Assembly: GCA_963754195.1 (NCBI GenBank)
Contig: CAVWFD010000010.1
Location: 47,116 to 111,115, forward strand
Direction of reading: 5' to 3'
DNA: 64,000 nt
Source of the DNA: an uncultured Chloroflexia bacterium
GTDB taxonomy: Bacteria; Chloroflexota; Dehalococcoidia; Dehalococcoidales; Fen-1064
Part shown: piece after piece, positions 54,827 to 64,000 of the stretch
Position numbering within the stretch: position 1 is the stretch's first letter
Layout: each line of letters starts with the position of its first letter
The notes under the pieces: generated by a model
Databases searched by the model: none
Told to the model about the DNA's origin: nothing
Seen by the model: only the letters and a program-made list of their open reading frames with translations
Position numbers and translations under genes: made by a program

Positions 54827-55820
54827 TAGAGTTCCCTTTACGTTTTCTAATCGCTTCCAGTCGTAATTTGAGCAATCCTGGCAAGCTGACAATACCATCT
54901 GGTATTAGGAACACGACTGCCAACATTAAAGCTGCAGAAATGAACGGCACAACTGTTCGTAAACTTGAATAAAATTCAGGGACCAAGAACAAGACTATCG
55001 TACCAACAATAGGCCCCGCAAAACTGCCGATTCCCCCAATCAAAACATACATGACGATCCAGAGTGTTTCTGACATTTGGAATGAAGCGGGTGAAAGCAC
55101 ATAATTATAATGCGCATAAATAGCGCCGGCTAAACCGGCGAAGAAACAACCTATAGCTAAAGCTAGAATTCTATATCCTGCTTCATTAATACCGATACTA
55201 CTGGCAACTAGGTGCGATTGATCGATAGCTTTTAAATTAGTGCCAATTCGGCTATGCTCAAATCTATAAAGGATTAAAAGGCAAATAATAGTTACACCCA
55301 AAATGAAATAGTAATAAGGAACTTTATTGGTACTAATCAGCCCCGGGATACCCGGTATCCCAACTAGACCCCCAATACCACCTGTATAACGGCCAAAAGC
55401 TGTAACAACTTCTATCATGCCAACCCCAAAAAATAAACTTACTAAAGCGTAATACAAAGCTCTTAGTCGAGCGAACGGGAATCCTATCAGAATCCCAATA
55501 GCCATTGCCAGCAGAGCCCCTAGGGGCATCGTCAGCCAGGGTGACCATTTAAGCTGAATGGCCAATACTCCTGAAGCATATCCGCCAATCCCCATAAAAA
55601 CTATATGTGCTAACGGAAATTGACCCGAAATTGCTATGAAACGAAAACTAACGCTAACAATTATATATATAAAAGTCAAAATTAAGATATGGAGATAATA
55701 AGACGACTGTGTAAATAATGGGATTATGGCGATAACAATTATTAAAGCAAGGTAGGGGGATAATTTTGCTAATTTATCTTTATTACTTTTTCCACTTGAT
55801 AAAGCTGATTTCTCAATCAT
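54816..55820 (-). CDS. livM: branched-chain amino acid ABC transporter permease (LivM type)
   Basis: 334-aa polytopic protein in liv-type operon order. Confidence 0.8.
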   Translation of the reverse strand: MIEKSALSSGKSNKDKLAKLSPYLALIIVIAIIPLFTQSSYYLHILILTFIYIIVSVSFRFIAISGQFPLAHIVFMGIGGYASGVLAIQLKWSPWLTMPLGALLAMAIGILIGFPFARLRALYYALVSLFFGVGMIEVVTAFGRYTGGIGGLVGIPGIPGLISTNKVPYYYFILGVTIICLLILYRFEHSRIGTNLKAIDQSHLVASSIGINEAGYRILALAIGCFFAGLAGAIYAHYNYVLSPASFQMSETLWIVMYVLIGGIGSFAGPIVGTIVLFLVPEFYSSLRTVVPFISAALMLAVVFLIPDGIVSLPGLLKLRLEAIRKRKGNSNVV

Positions 55821-55844
55821 ATTAATGTTTTCTCATAAATTTTC

Positions 55845-56720
55845 TTATAATTCTTTACGACCGAAGAAGCCTTGTGGACGCCATACTAGAATAGCAATGG
55901 CAATACCAAGAACTATTGTTTGCCCAATACTGGCTGAGAGATAAATCGGTAAAACCGCATCTAGAGTACCAATTAGCAATCCGGCAAAAAAAACACCACC
56001 AATACTTCCTACACCACCCAAAACAACCAACATACATGATTTCAACATTATGTTATCACCCATGTAAGCGTTGACATTCAAATAAGCGCCCATAAAACAT
56101 CCTGCTATGGCTGCTAAGCTGCAAGCTATTATACAGGCAATACCTGCAATTTGGTGGATATGAATCCCTTGCAGTGCCGCTCCCTCAATATCTTGAGATA
56201 CCGCCTGCATTTGTAAGCCGATTTTCGTTTTTCTCATAAACCAAAGTGCCCAAATTAGAAGAACACCACCAACAAGAAAAGTAACCAGCCTCTCGAGACT
56301 TAATGAGACGATCCCAAATTTGAGAATTCCGGGAGCGAAAGACGGAACCGCTTCCACTGTAAGACCTTCTGTCAAGTTCGCCGTATTCTCAAATACTGTA
56401 ATCACAGCTATGCATACGATTAGTGTTTTGTTCAGATTACCGTAAAATTTGCGGAAACCATACCTTTCTAGAAATAACCCGAATAAACCCATTATTATTA
56501 CTGATATCACCATGCCAAGCCATGGATTAAGGCCAAGCCCCATGGTTAATTTATAGCAAATAAAACCACCGGCCATGTATATAGCACCATGAGCAAAATT
56601 AAGTATGCCTAATATATTTAGGAGAAAAGCAAAACCGAGCGCCACCAATATATAAATTGATGACAATACCAGCGCATTTACCAATGTCGCTAATCCGATC
56701 GATAATGCTGTATATTGCAT
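55845..56720 (-). CDS. livH: branched-chain amino acid ABC transporter permease (LivH type)
   Basis: 291-aa polytopic protein upstream of livM. Confidence 0.8.
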   Translation of the reverse strand: MQYTALSIGLATLVNALVLSSIYILVALGFAFLLNILGILNFAHGAIYMAGGFICYKLTMGLGLNPWLGMVISVIIMGLFGLFLERYGFRKFYGNLNKTLIVCIAVITVFENTANLTEGLTVEAVPSFAPGILKFGIVSLSLERLVTFLVGGVLLIWALWFMRKTKIGLQMQAVSQDIEGAALQGIHIHQIAGIACIIACSLAAIAGCFMGAYLNVNAYMGDNIMLKSCMLVVLGGVGSIGGVFFAGLLIGTLDAVLPIYLSASIGQTIVLGIAIAILVWRPQGFFGRKEL

Positions 56721-56836
56721 TCATGTCCTCTATAAAACCAATTTACTTCCTAGTTACATAACACACCGGTCGGGGAGGGGATAACGTATCCCCTCCCACC
56801 GGTATACGAATAGTGTGCTGTAGTGAAACGCGATTA

Positions 56837-58084
56837 TTAGGGAATAGTGACTGGTTGCCATCCGCCAAACGTTACGTTTCCATTACTGTCGGACGACGAA
56901 ATTGGCATGGGATGAGCGCAGACATGATTAATTCCGTAAGTTTGTAATCCTCCCATATTACCTGTCCCAAATAATGTTTGCACGGTAGTCATGTTCTCCC
57001 AGGTTGTTTTGACCACGGTTGGATCCAAACTTTGTGCCGCATTGAGAACTTGAGATAATTCGTATAACCCGTTAGATTCCATAAAGATGAATTCTCTGCT
57101 TTGTCCATATTTAGCTGTGAGGTTCTGTTCAATTTGCTGCGTCACAGCAGGTGTGCCTTGATCTCCTGCTGCATTGCTTTCGGTAAAGAAATTTATTCCA
57201 GCGTCCTTGCCTGCAACGGTTATGGTATCTGCAACACCATTATTGTTAGCGGCTGCTATAAGGTTGGTATTGCCCAATGCCCGCAAATTTTTCATAATGT
57301 TGCCAAAGCCATCAAGGTTTCCGTTAATATAGAACACGGCGTCCGCATTGTAAGATGCCAGTTTCGTTGCATAAGGGCTAAAATCCGTTGCCGAATTATC
57401 CAAAGAAACGAGACCGACTACTTTAACACCCATACTTGCCAGAAGCGTTGTGGCCGCGGGTTGAACCCAGGGAATTGATCCATCATCGGGCATACAAATG
57501 ACGACGTTTTTTACATTTGGGTAATTTTTTACCATATAACTAGCGGCCGCGTCAGTAGCCTCTAATGTTCCATCATAGCCCTGGAATGTATAGGGTGTAT
57601 CCGTTCCTAATTGTCCAGGTGTTAAAGTATTATAAGCAATAACATCGATTACTTTAGCATCTGCAAATATTTTGCCTACATCTGCTGGGAAATAGGCGTT
57701 AGGTCCAATGACAAATTTCAGACCTTCAGATATCAACTGATTTGCAACAGAAGTAGCACCAGCATCAGTGCTCTGATAATCTTCATCAACGAGGTCAATA
57801 TTATATTTCTGACCTTTGATTGTTACCCCACCATTGTTATTTATATATTGGGCGACCATTTGAAGTTCCTGCCACTCGAGAAGATCGTGCTGCGCAAACC
57901 AGCCGGTTAGAGACGACATAACGCCAATTTTGAGATCAAGTGGCGCTGCTGCCGATGTAGTTGTAGAGGTATTGCCTGTAGCAGTCGTTGAGCTCGAACT
58001 GCAAGACGTCAGGAAAGGTAAAGCTGATAACATTAAAACAAAAATTATACTTACCCAAAGAGTTAATATTTTATTATTTTTCAT
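56837..58084 (-). CDS. ABC transporter substrate-binding lipoprotein (LivJ/K-like, periplasmic binding protein type I)
   Basis: Signal peptide with lipobox-like LTSC, then a Ser/Thr linker. The ATG at 58084 follows AAGGAG; the ORF extends to 58111. Confidence 0.8.
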   Translation of the reverse strand: MKNNKILTLWVSIIFVLMLSALPFLTSCSSSSTTATGNTSTTTSAAAPLDLKIGVMSSLTGWFAQHDLLEWQELQMVAQYINNNGGVTIKGQKYNIDLVDEDYQSTDAGATSVANQLISEGLKFVIGPNAYFPADVGKIFADAKVIDVIAYNTLTPGQLGTDTPYTFQGYDGTLEATDAAASYMVKNYPNVKNVVICMPDDGSIPWVQPAATTLLASMGVKVVGLVSLDNSATDFSPYATKLASYNADAVFYINGNLDGFGNIMKNLRALGNTNLIAAANNNGVADTITVAGKDAGINFFTESNAAGDQGTPAVTQQIEQNLTAKYGQSREFIFMESNGLYELSQVLNAAQSLDPTVVKTTWENMTTVQTLFGTGNMGGLQTYGINHVCAHPMPISSSDSNGNVTFGGWQPVTIP

Positions 58085-58900
58085 CCTTTTCTTCTCCTTA
58101 CAGTTAAACATATATTACCTATAAAATATAGACTTATAACATATGGCTATCCCCCTTGCGGCATGACCGCAGCTAATGATTTATAGTCGCAAAGCACATA
58201 AAATTAATTATCGTTTGCTTGGTTAGTGAGCATTAGTATATTGCATATATTTGTAATAATTATAATCGTATTATTATGTTTTTTATTAATATATATATTG
58301 TGCTATAGTATAATACTATAATTATATGATGTCAATTGTTACCCGAATATATTTATCGCTTATAAAATTTAATAAATAAGCAACGTAATTCTCACGGCTA
58401 TCAATTTACCTAGAATAACCACTAATTTAATTTCAGGTGGTTACGGATTGATATTGTAATTTCATATAAAGTCCAATCCGGCTACTATGATTTCCACACT
58501 GACGTGCAAATTGATGGGACGGATTACGGCCATGTATTTTGCGCAATAGAAGTATTGCAAACTAATTTGCATCACAGATGGTGATAATGTACGCAATCTT
58601 ATCGGGAAACTGAAGATATAATTAAATTAACTAGGTTGCACATATCGGATAATTAAATGAGCAGACAACACTATCGTTTCATCGTGTCGGATCTTGTAGA
58701 GTACTTTCCCCGAGATTAGTCATAAATATAGTATAATTAACCCAACGTGTGAGAAATAACTAAATCGACAAAACTTGCGGCCAAAACAAGTTCCCATCTA
58801 TATCCAATTTGACTGTGTTTTAATATCTCCACGCAGAGATGTTACGTTACGATCTTCGGAAAAATGATAATAATCGTGTATTGTGAATATATAGGGGTGT

Positions 58901-60871
58901 ATGACTATGTCAATTGAAATGCGGCGATCTCAGGAAAATCCTATTTTGATACCTTCAAGTGAAAACACTTGGGAGGCAGAAGGAGCTTTTAATGGCTGTG
59001 CTTCACATGATGGTGGTAGGATTCACTTTGTTTATCGGGCTGTATCAGCGCCTCAACTAATTGACGGTAACGAATTACCTCTATCTACCATCGGTTACGC
59101 TTTGAGCACTGATGGCCTACATTTTAAGAATTGTCATCAATTTATCAAACCGGAATATGACTGGGAAAAATTTGGCTGTGAAGACCCGCGTGTCACCAAA
59201 ATTAACGGTAAGTTCTATATTTTCTATACGGCGTTGTCAACTTTCCCTTTTTGTGCTCCATGTATTAAAGTCGGGGTAGCTATTACTCGTGATTTCAAGA
59301 AGATTGATGAAAAACATCTGGTGACAACCTTCAATTCAAAAGCCATGTCTCTTTTTCCTGAAAAAGTAGGTGGCAAATACACTGCGATATTAAGTGTAAA
59401 TACCGATATTCCCCCAACAAAGATTGCGGTTGTATATTTTGACAGGGAAGAGCAAATGTGGGAGACTACTTACTGGGAAGGATGGTATTCACTTCTGAAT
59501 GATCATATTATTCCTTTACAGAGGTCGCCAAAAGACCAGATAGAAGCAGGTGCCCCACCCATTAAAACAAAATATGGTTGGTTATTTATCTATTCACACA
59601 TTCAGAATTACTTTTCGCCTCCAGCAGTTTTCGGCATTGAAGCGGCTCTACTTGATTTGCATAACCCGCAGAGAATTATTGCGCGTACAGATAAACCATT
59701 ATTGGTACCGCAAGAAGAATACGAGAAATATGGCAAAGTGCCTAACATTGTATTTCCGACCGGAGCGATAGTAAAAGATGGCACACTTTACATATATTAC
59801 GGAGCCGCGGATACCACCTGTGCTGTTGCTACCTGTAAATTAGATACCCTGCTAGAAGATATGTTGGAAACAAAAATTAAACAGGTTAAATTGAACCGTT
59901 TCCACAGTAATCCTGTCATTAAGCCCGACCCCAAATTAGCCTGGCAAAGCCGGGCTGTTTTTAATCCAGCTGCTTTGTATGAATATGGTAGAGTTCAACT
60001 CGCTTACCGTGCGATGTCACAAGATAATACATCGGTTATCGGGTTTGCCTCAAGCGGTGATGGTTATAATTTTGAAGACCAACCTAATGAACCAATCTAT
60101 ACTCCACGTGAAAACTTCGAGGCGAAACTAGTACCTGGAGGTAATTCCGGCTGCGAAGATCCCAGATTGACAAGAATAGATGATACCATTTATATGCTTT
60201 ATACGGCATTCAACGGTAAAAGTGAACCGAGAGTAGCATTAACCTATATATCGCTGAATGATTTCATTGCCAGATGTTGGAACTGGTCGAAGCCGATCTT
60301 GATTTCTCCACCCAATATACCGGACAAAGATGCAGCAATTTTCCCTAAAAAGATCAGGGGCAAATATGCTGTCCTGCACAGACTGGAGGAGAGCATCTGG
60401 CTTGATTATGTGGATGACCTGCAATTTGGCGATAATAAGTGGCTTAAGGGAAATATTATTATGAGTCCTAAGGACGAATTACCGGATACGGAAAAAGTCG
60501 GCATCAGCGGACCTCCAATTGAAACCAAAGAAGGCTGGTTATTACTCTATCATTGCGTTTCTAGAAGAACACAACCAATGACCTATTATGTTGCAGCTGC
60601 ACTATTGGATTTGAAAGACCCATCCAAAATTCTCGCCCGCAGGAAAGTTCCTCTTCTGGAGCCGGAAACTTCTTATGAACTGTACGGAGAGGTAAATAAT
60701 GTTGTCTTTCCGTGTGGCGCTGTGGTCATTGATGAAGATCTATTCGTGTATTACGGCGGAGCCGATACCGTCATTTGTGTGGCAACTATCAAGCTGGCGG
60801 AATTGTTAAATAGCCTCATTACATGGGGACAATTGGGTGGTGAACTGGAGAAGTTTGCTCATCGACATTAA
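58901..60871 (+). CDS. tandem GH130-like (DUF377 / beta-mannoside phosphorylase fold) protein
   Basis: Two homologous halves, each with NPI(L/V)..P and CEDPR(V/L)T...Y(I/M)(F/L)YTA patterns. 656 aa. Confidence 0.65.
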   Translation: MTMSIEMRRSQENPILIPSSENTWEAEGAFNGCASHDGGRIHFVYRAVSAPQLIDGNELPLSTIGYALSTDGLHFKNCHQFIKPEYDWEKFGCEDPRVTKINGKFYIFYTALSTFPFCAPCIKVGVAITRDFKKIDEKHLVTTFNSKAMSLFPEKVGGKYTAILSVNTDIPPTKIAVVYFDREEQMWETTYWEGWYSLLNDHIIPLQRSPKDQIEAGAPPIKTKYGWLFIYSHIQNYFSPPAVFGIEAALLDLHNPQRIIARTDKPLLVPQEEYEKYGKVPNIVFPTGAIVKDGTLYIYYGAADTTCAVATCKLDTLLEDMLETKIKQVKLNRFHSNPVIKPDPKLAWQSRAVFNPAALYEYGRVQLAYRAMSQDNTSVIGFASSGDGYNFEDQPNEPIYTPRENFEAKLVPGGNSGCEDPRLTRIDDTIYMLYTAFNGKSEPRVALTYISLNDFIARCWNWSKPILISPPNIPDKDAAIFPKKIRGKYAVLHRLEESIWLDYVDDLQFGDNKWLKGNIIMSPKDELPDTEKVGISGPPIETKEGWLLLYHCVSRRTQPMTYYVAAALLDLKDPSKILARRKVPLLEPETSYELYGEVNNVVFPCGAVVIDEDLFVYYGGADTVICVATIKLAELLNSLITWGQLGGELEKFAHRH

Positions 60872-60945
60872 TCTAGCATACATTGCAGTTTTAAAGCAGA
60901 CATCATGTTAGAGAAAATGAAACCATGGATATCCCATATGCTGCC

Positions 60946-61380
60946 TTATGTTTTGTCATGGTCAACCCATTCCTCGACTTTCTTTCTAATCTCATCACGG
61001 ATTTCACGGAACTTTTTCAATTCCTCTTCTTCTGTTCCAACAAATTGGGCTGGATCTTCAAGTTCCCACCGCACCCTTTGTCCCATGCCGGGGAATGTGG
61101 TTGGGCATTTCGCATCGGCCTCACTGCATACCGTTATTAAGTACCCGAAATGTATTTTACCCATGTAATCCTTTAAAGCTTTTGAATATTGGCCGCTGAT
61201 GTCAATGCCAATCTCATCCATTACTTTTCTGGTTAACGGATGGATTTCCTTGGGTTCAACCCCAGCGCTATAAGCTTCATATTTGTCCCCAGCATAGGAT
61301 CTAAGAAAAGCTTCCGCCATCTGGCTTCTCGCTGAGTTTGTCGTACAGAGGAAAAGAACCCGAATCTTATTCATAGACAT
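60946..61380 (-). CDS. arsC: arsenate reductase, thioredoxin-coupled LMW-PTP type
   Basis: P-loop CTTNSARS plus the CSEADAKC Cys pair, equivalent to S. aureus ArsC C10/C82/C89. Confidence 0.8.
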   Translation of the reverse strand: MSMNKIRVLFLCTTNSARSQMAEAFLRSYAGDKYEAYSAGVEPKEIHPLTRKVMDEIGIDISGQYSKALKDYMGKIHFGYLITVCSEADAKCPTTFPGMGQRVRWELEDPAQFVGTEEEELKKFREIRDEIRKKVEEWVDHDKT

Positions 61381-61444
61381 TCTCCTAACATCCTTTTAGT
61401 TTAGAGATCTGGTTTCTATTAAATTTAAGAATTTAAAGTAAAGA

Positions 61445-62062
61445 TTAGGGTTTCCCATTTTGTAGAAAAGAGACATCGTTATGATGTTTCAAAATGAAAG
61501 TCTTACCGGTATAAATAAAAGTTGTCACGCCGCAGGTATCCTGCTCGATATTCCAGAAATGGGAGTCGTCTAACCTCAACAAAGCACATTCTAAGACTAT
61601 GGTTATCATTCGGTGAGTTATGATGGCTATTGTGCCTTCTTTATTATCGGCTATAATTTTATTGAGAGCATTTAAGCTCCTTTTTCTGGCTTCCTGCAGT
61701 GATTCTCCTCCGGGTATCTGGGCCAGATCAGGCCTTACCTGCCACAATTGATAAATCTCCCCATATTGCATTTTAACTTCCTGGAAAGTAACACCTTCCC
61801 ATTTACCAAAATCAAAATCGGTTAAGTCCTCCACAGGCTGGGCCACCAACTGTTGACTACGAGCCAACGTTTCGGCAGTTTGAAGGGCTCGTTGAATAGG
61901 ACTGCAATAGATCGCCTTAATCTTTTTATGGCGGAAATAATCGGCCAATTTTTCAGCCTGTTTCAAACCCTCTTCACTTAACCCTATCGGTACTCGACCG
62001 CGAAAGATGTCTGCCGTATTCCAGGCCGTTTCACCATGACGAATGATGATTATTTCCAGCAT
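61445..62062 (-). CDS. histidine phosphatase family protein (phosphoglycerate mutase / CobC-like)
   Basis: RHGETAWN catalytic motif, 205 aa. Confidence 0.8.
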   Translation of the reverse strand: MLEIIIIRHGETAWNTADIFRGRVPIGLSEEGLKQAEKLADYFRHKKIKAIYCSPIQRALQTAETLARSQQLVAQPVEDLTDFDFGKWEGVTFQEVKMQYGEIYQLWQVRPDLAQIPGGESLQEARKRSLNALNKIIADNKEGTIAIITHRMITIVLECALLRLDDSHFWNIEQDTCGVTTFIYTGKTFILKHHNDVSFLQNGKP

Positions 62063-62421
62063 CTAAGTATAATCCACCTTCTATTCGACATTACATGGGG
62101 TTAAAAAGTTCCAAGAGCACTTGCAAGACTATAATACCACGAACTATAGGCATCCATTATAGGGTAAACTACAGACACGATGTTTGGTTTGTGCCTGATG
62201 ATCTCATTCAGGCCCATTGACAGGCGCGATTGTCTCAATTATCATTAGGCCAAGCAAATTATAGATTGTAATATAAAGGCGGTATCAAATGTCAACGGCG
62301 GCCGCAACTTTAGGAACATCCACCTGTCCAACAGACAAGAAGCCCGCAGGTGTTCCCGAGGTGTTTCTCATAGCGTTTGAATCGCAAGATAGAAAGAGAT
62401 TTCCCAAAACAAAGGCTGGAG

Positions 62422-62760
62422 ATGGAGATGAGCAGGAAGGGTAAACAAGACGAAAATGGAAAGTTACCAGTGGCTACGGTAGCTTACTACGGGCCGGATG
62501 ACAAGACGCCAACTAAGGTGGCGGTAGGCATTGTTAGACAATGGGAAAAGGAGCCAGAGGAATTAAAGAGGTGGTGGGGACAGGACGTTACCCGTGACTT
62601 GCGCATTCAGAGGGATATTGCTGATTTTATCCAGGCTCACGGGGCTAAGAGCGTGGTTATTACCGACGGCGTCATCGGCTGTCCTCATGAGGAAGGTATT
62701 GATTTTCCAGAGGGAGAGGAGTGCCCTTACTGCCCTTTCTGGCGGGGAAAGCAGTTCTGA
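62422..62760 (+). CDS. hypothetical protein with C-terminal Cys cluster
   Basis: The ORF opens at TTG 62377; ATG 62422 follows GGCTGGAG. Contains GCPHEEG...CPYCPFW. Confidence 0.5.
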   Translation: MEMSRKGKQDENGKLPVATVAYYGPDDKTPTKVAVGIVRQWEKEPEELKRWWGQDVTRDLRIQRDIADFIQAHGAKSVVITDGVIGCPHEEGIDFPEGEECPYCPFWRGKQF

Positions 62761-62870
62761 ACAGGCTTTACAACTGGATGCACTTGCTATATCATTGGTG
62801 TCAAAGCAACGAGTTACGGGGGAGCGCCTCACTACGAATTGTTGTGGGGACTAAATAAGGAGGAATAAAA

Positions 62871-63779
62871 ATGTCAGCTGGGGCAATTATCGGCATCGTT
62901 ATTGTTCTAATTGTTATTATCGTTCTTCTGGCATTATCCATTCGTACAGTAAGGCCAACTAGCCGTGGTTTAATCGAACGCTTCGGCAAATATAACAGGT
63001 TTGCTAATCCGGGGATTGTGTTTCTCATTCCATTTATTGAGCGATTGGTTGTTGTTAATATCACTGAAAATATGATAGACGCTGGATTACAGGAAATTAT
63101 TACCAGCGATAGTCTGAATGCTCAGGTTGATGCCCAGGTTTATTTTAAAGTTCGGTTTGATGAAGAGAGTGTCAAAGCGTCCCAATATAATGTGTTCAAC
63201 TATATGAGACAGATAGTGGCTCTGGCGAGAACTACTCTGAGGAACATAATAGGTACAATGACATTGAAAGACGCCAACAGTGAAAGAGGCAAAATCAATA
63301 CGGCATTATACACCAACCTTGCTACAGAGACCAAGAGCTGGGGACTTGAGATTGTACGTACCGAACTTAAAGAAATCAATCCTCCCGCCGATGTCCAGGA
63401 GACGATGAATAAAGTAGTCAAGGCAAGTAATGAAAAAATTGCTGCAATCGATTTTGCGACGGCTCGGGAGACACAGGCAGATGGTGAAAGACGTGCTGCG
63501 ATCAAGGTGGCCGAGGGGCAAAGACAGGCAGCTATATTGCAAGCTGAGGGTCAGAAACAGGCGAAGGTACTGGTAGCCGATGGTGAAGCTCAGGCAATTA
63601 AACTGGTGAATGAAGCGGCAGATCTTTACTTCAAAGGAAATGCACAAATGCTGCGTAAATTACAAGCGGTGGAAACATCTCTCACCAGCAATTCAAAAAT
63701 AGTGGTGCCTACAGATTCTTCACTGGTCAATGTGATTGGAGGTCTGGCGGGTATTGATGGCCATCCGCCGGCTAAGTAA
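62871..63779 (+). CDS. SPFH/band 7 domain protein (stomatin-like)
   Basis: N-terminal TM anchor, SPFH core, then a C-terminal Ala/Glu/Gln-rich coiled coil (AEGQRQAAILQAEGQKQAKVL). RBS AAGGAGG. Confidence 0.85.
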   Translation: MSAGAIIGIVIVLIVIIVLLALSIRTVRPTSRGLIERFGKYNRFANPGIVFLIPFIERLVVVNITENMIDAGLQEIITSDSLNAQVDAQVYFKVRFDEESVKASQYNVFNYMRQIVALARTTLRNIIGTMTLKDANSERGKINTALYTNLATETKSWGLEIVRTELKEINPPADVQETMNKVVKASNEKIAAIDFATARETQADGERRAAIKVAEGQRQAAILQAEGQKQAKVLVADGEAQAIKLVNEAADLYFKGNAQMLRKLQAVETSLTSNSKIVVPTDSSLVNVIGGLAGIDGHPPAK

Positions 63780-64000
63780 CCTGATTCCTATCGGGGTCAT
63801 CTCCGGTAAATCAATGTCGTACTCCGTGACAGAAGGTGATGCCCCCGGATTTATATGTTTTTAAGATGATTGCCCAATCAAAGTTCTCTTGTGTGGTGAC
63901 TCCGTCGCACTAGAACTGGCACCTACTTATAGCCAACCGAGATAAGTGCCGAGTTACTCTAATCTACCAGACACGATGGTGGGATGGTGCTCGTCATGAT

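Noticed and set aside
63780-64000. Possible gene start or terminator at the right window edge.
   Set aside because: There is only a weak imperfect hairpin (CGGGGTCATC...GATGCCCCCG with a 34-nt loop) and no ORF of useful length before the window ends.

Overview
This is a 64-kb stretch of a bacterial chromosome with moderate GC and short intergenic spacers. The gene content includes a split transketolase, a PPi-type phosphofructokinase signature, ClpC, MsrAB and an iron-sulfur flavoprotein. This resembles anaerobic Chloroflexota/Dehalococcoidia-like genomes, but that is inference only and cannot be verified here. Backbone genes, in order: a histidine kinase followed by two DrrAB-like ABC-2 exporter pairs (1-4.5 kb); a VOC protein and an OYE/2,4-dienoyl-CoA-reductase-like flavoenzyme; msrB-msrA, a GreA-domain protein, a geranylgeranyl-reductase-like flavoprotein and clpC (15-21.5 kb); NUDIX, pyruvate kinase, M20 peptidase, flavoprotein, ybeY, tRNA-Ser, grpB, miaB, yajC, nadB and tRNA-Glu (23-32.7 kb); a sugar-phosphate operon with a Zn-ribbon ORF, split transketolase, rpiB, pfk and class II aldolase (32.9-38.1 kb); a 7TM-PAS histidine kinase; MarR, a cupin and a liv-type amino-acid ABC importer (52-58 kb); then a tandem GH130-like protein, arsC, a histidine phosphatase and an SPFH protein. 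There are four accessory regions. (i) An AT-rich ~6.3-kb integrative element abuts the 3' end of tRNA-Cys. It carries two tyrosine recombinases and uncharacterised cargo, and one cargo gene is bracketed by 23-bp inverted repeats. (ii) A GIY-YIG pseudogene cassette bracketed by hairpin repeats sits next to tRNA-Ser. (iii) A ~6-kb module (hicAB, a ParB-methyltransferase fusion and coupled genes of unknown function) follows a nonsense-mutated histidine kinase. (iv) One intact IS3-family element has a 3-bp target duplication. I saw no rRNA genes and no CRISPR array. All functional calls rest on motif recognition by eye in the supplied translations; no database search was run.
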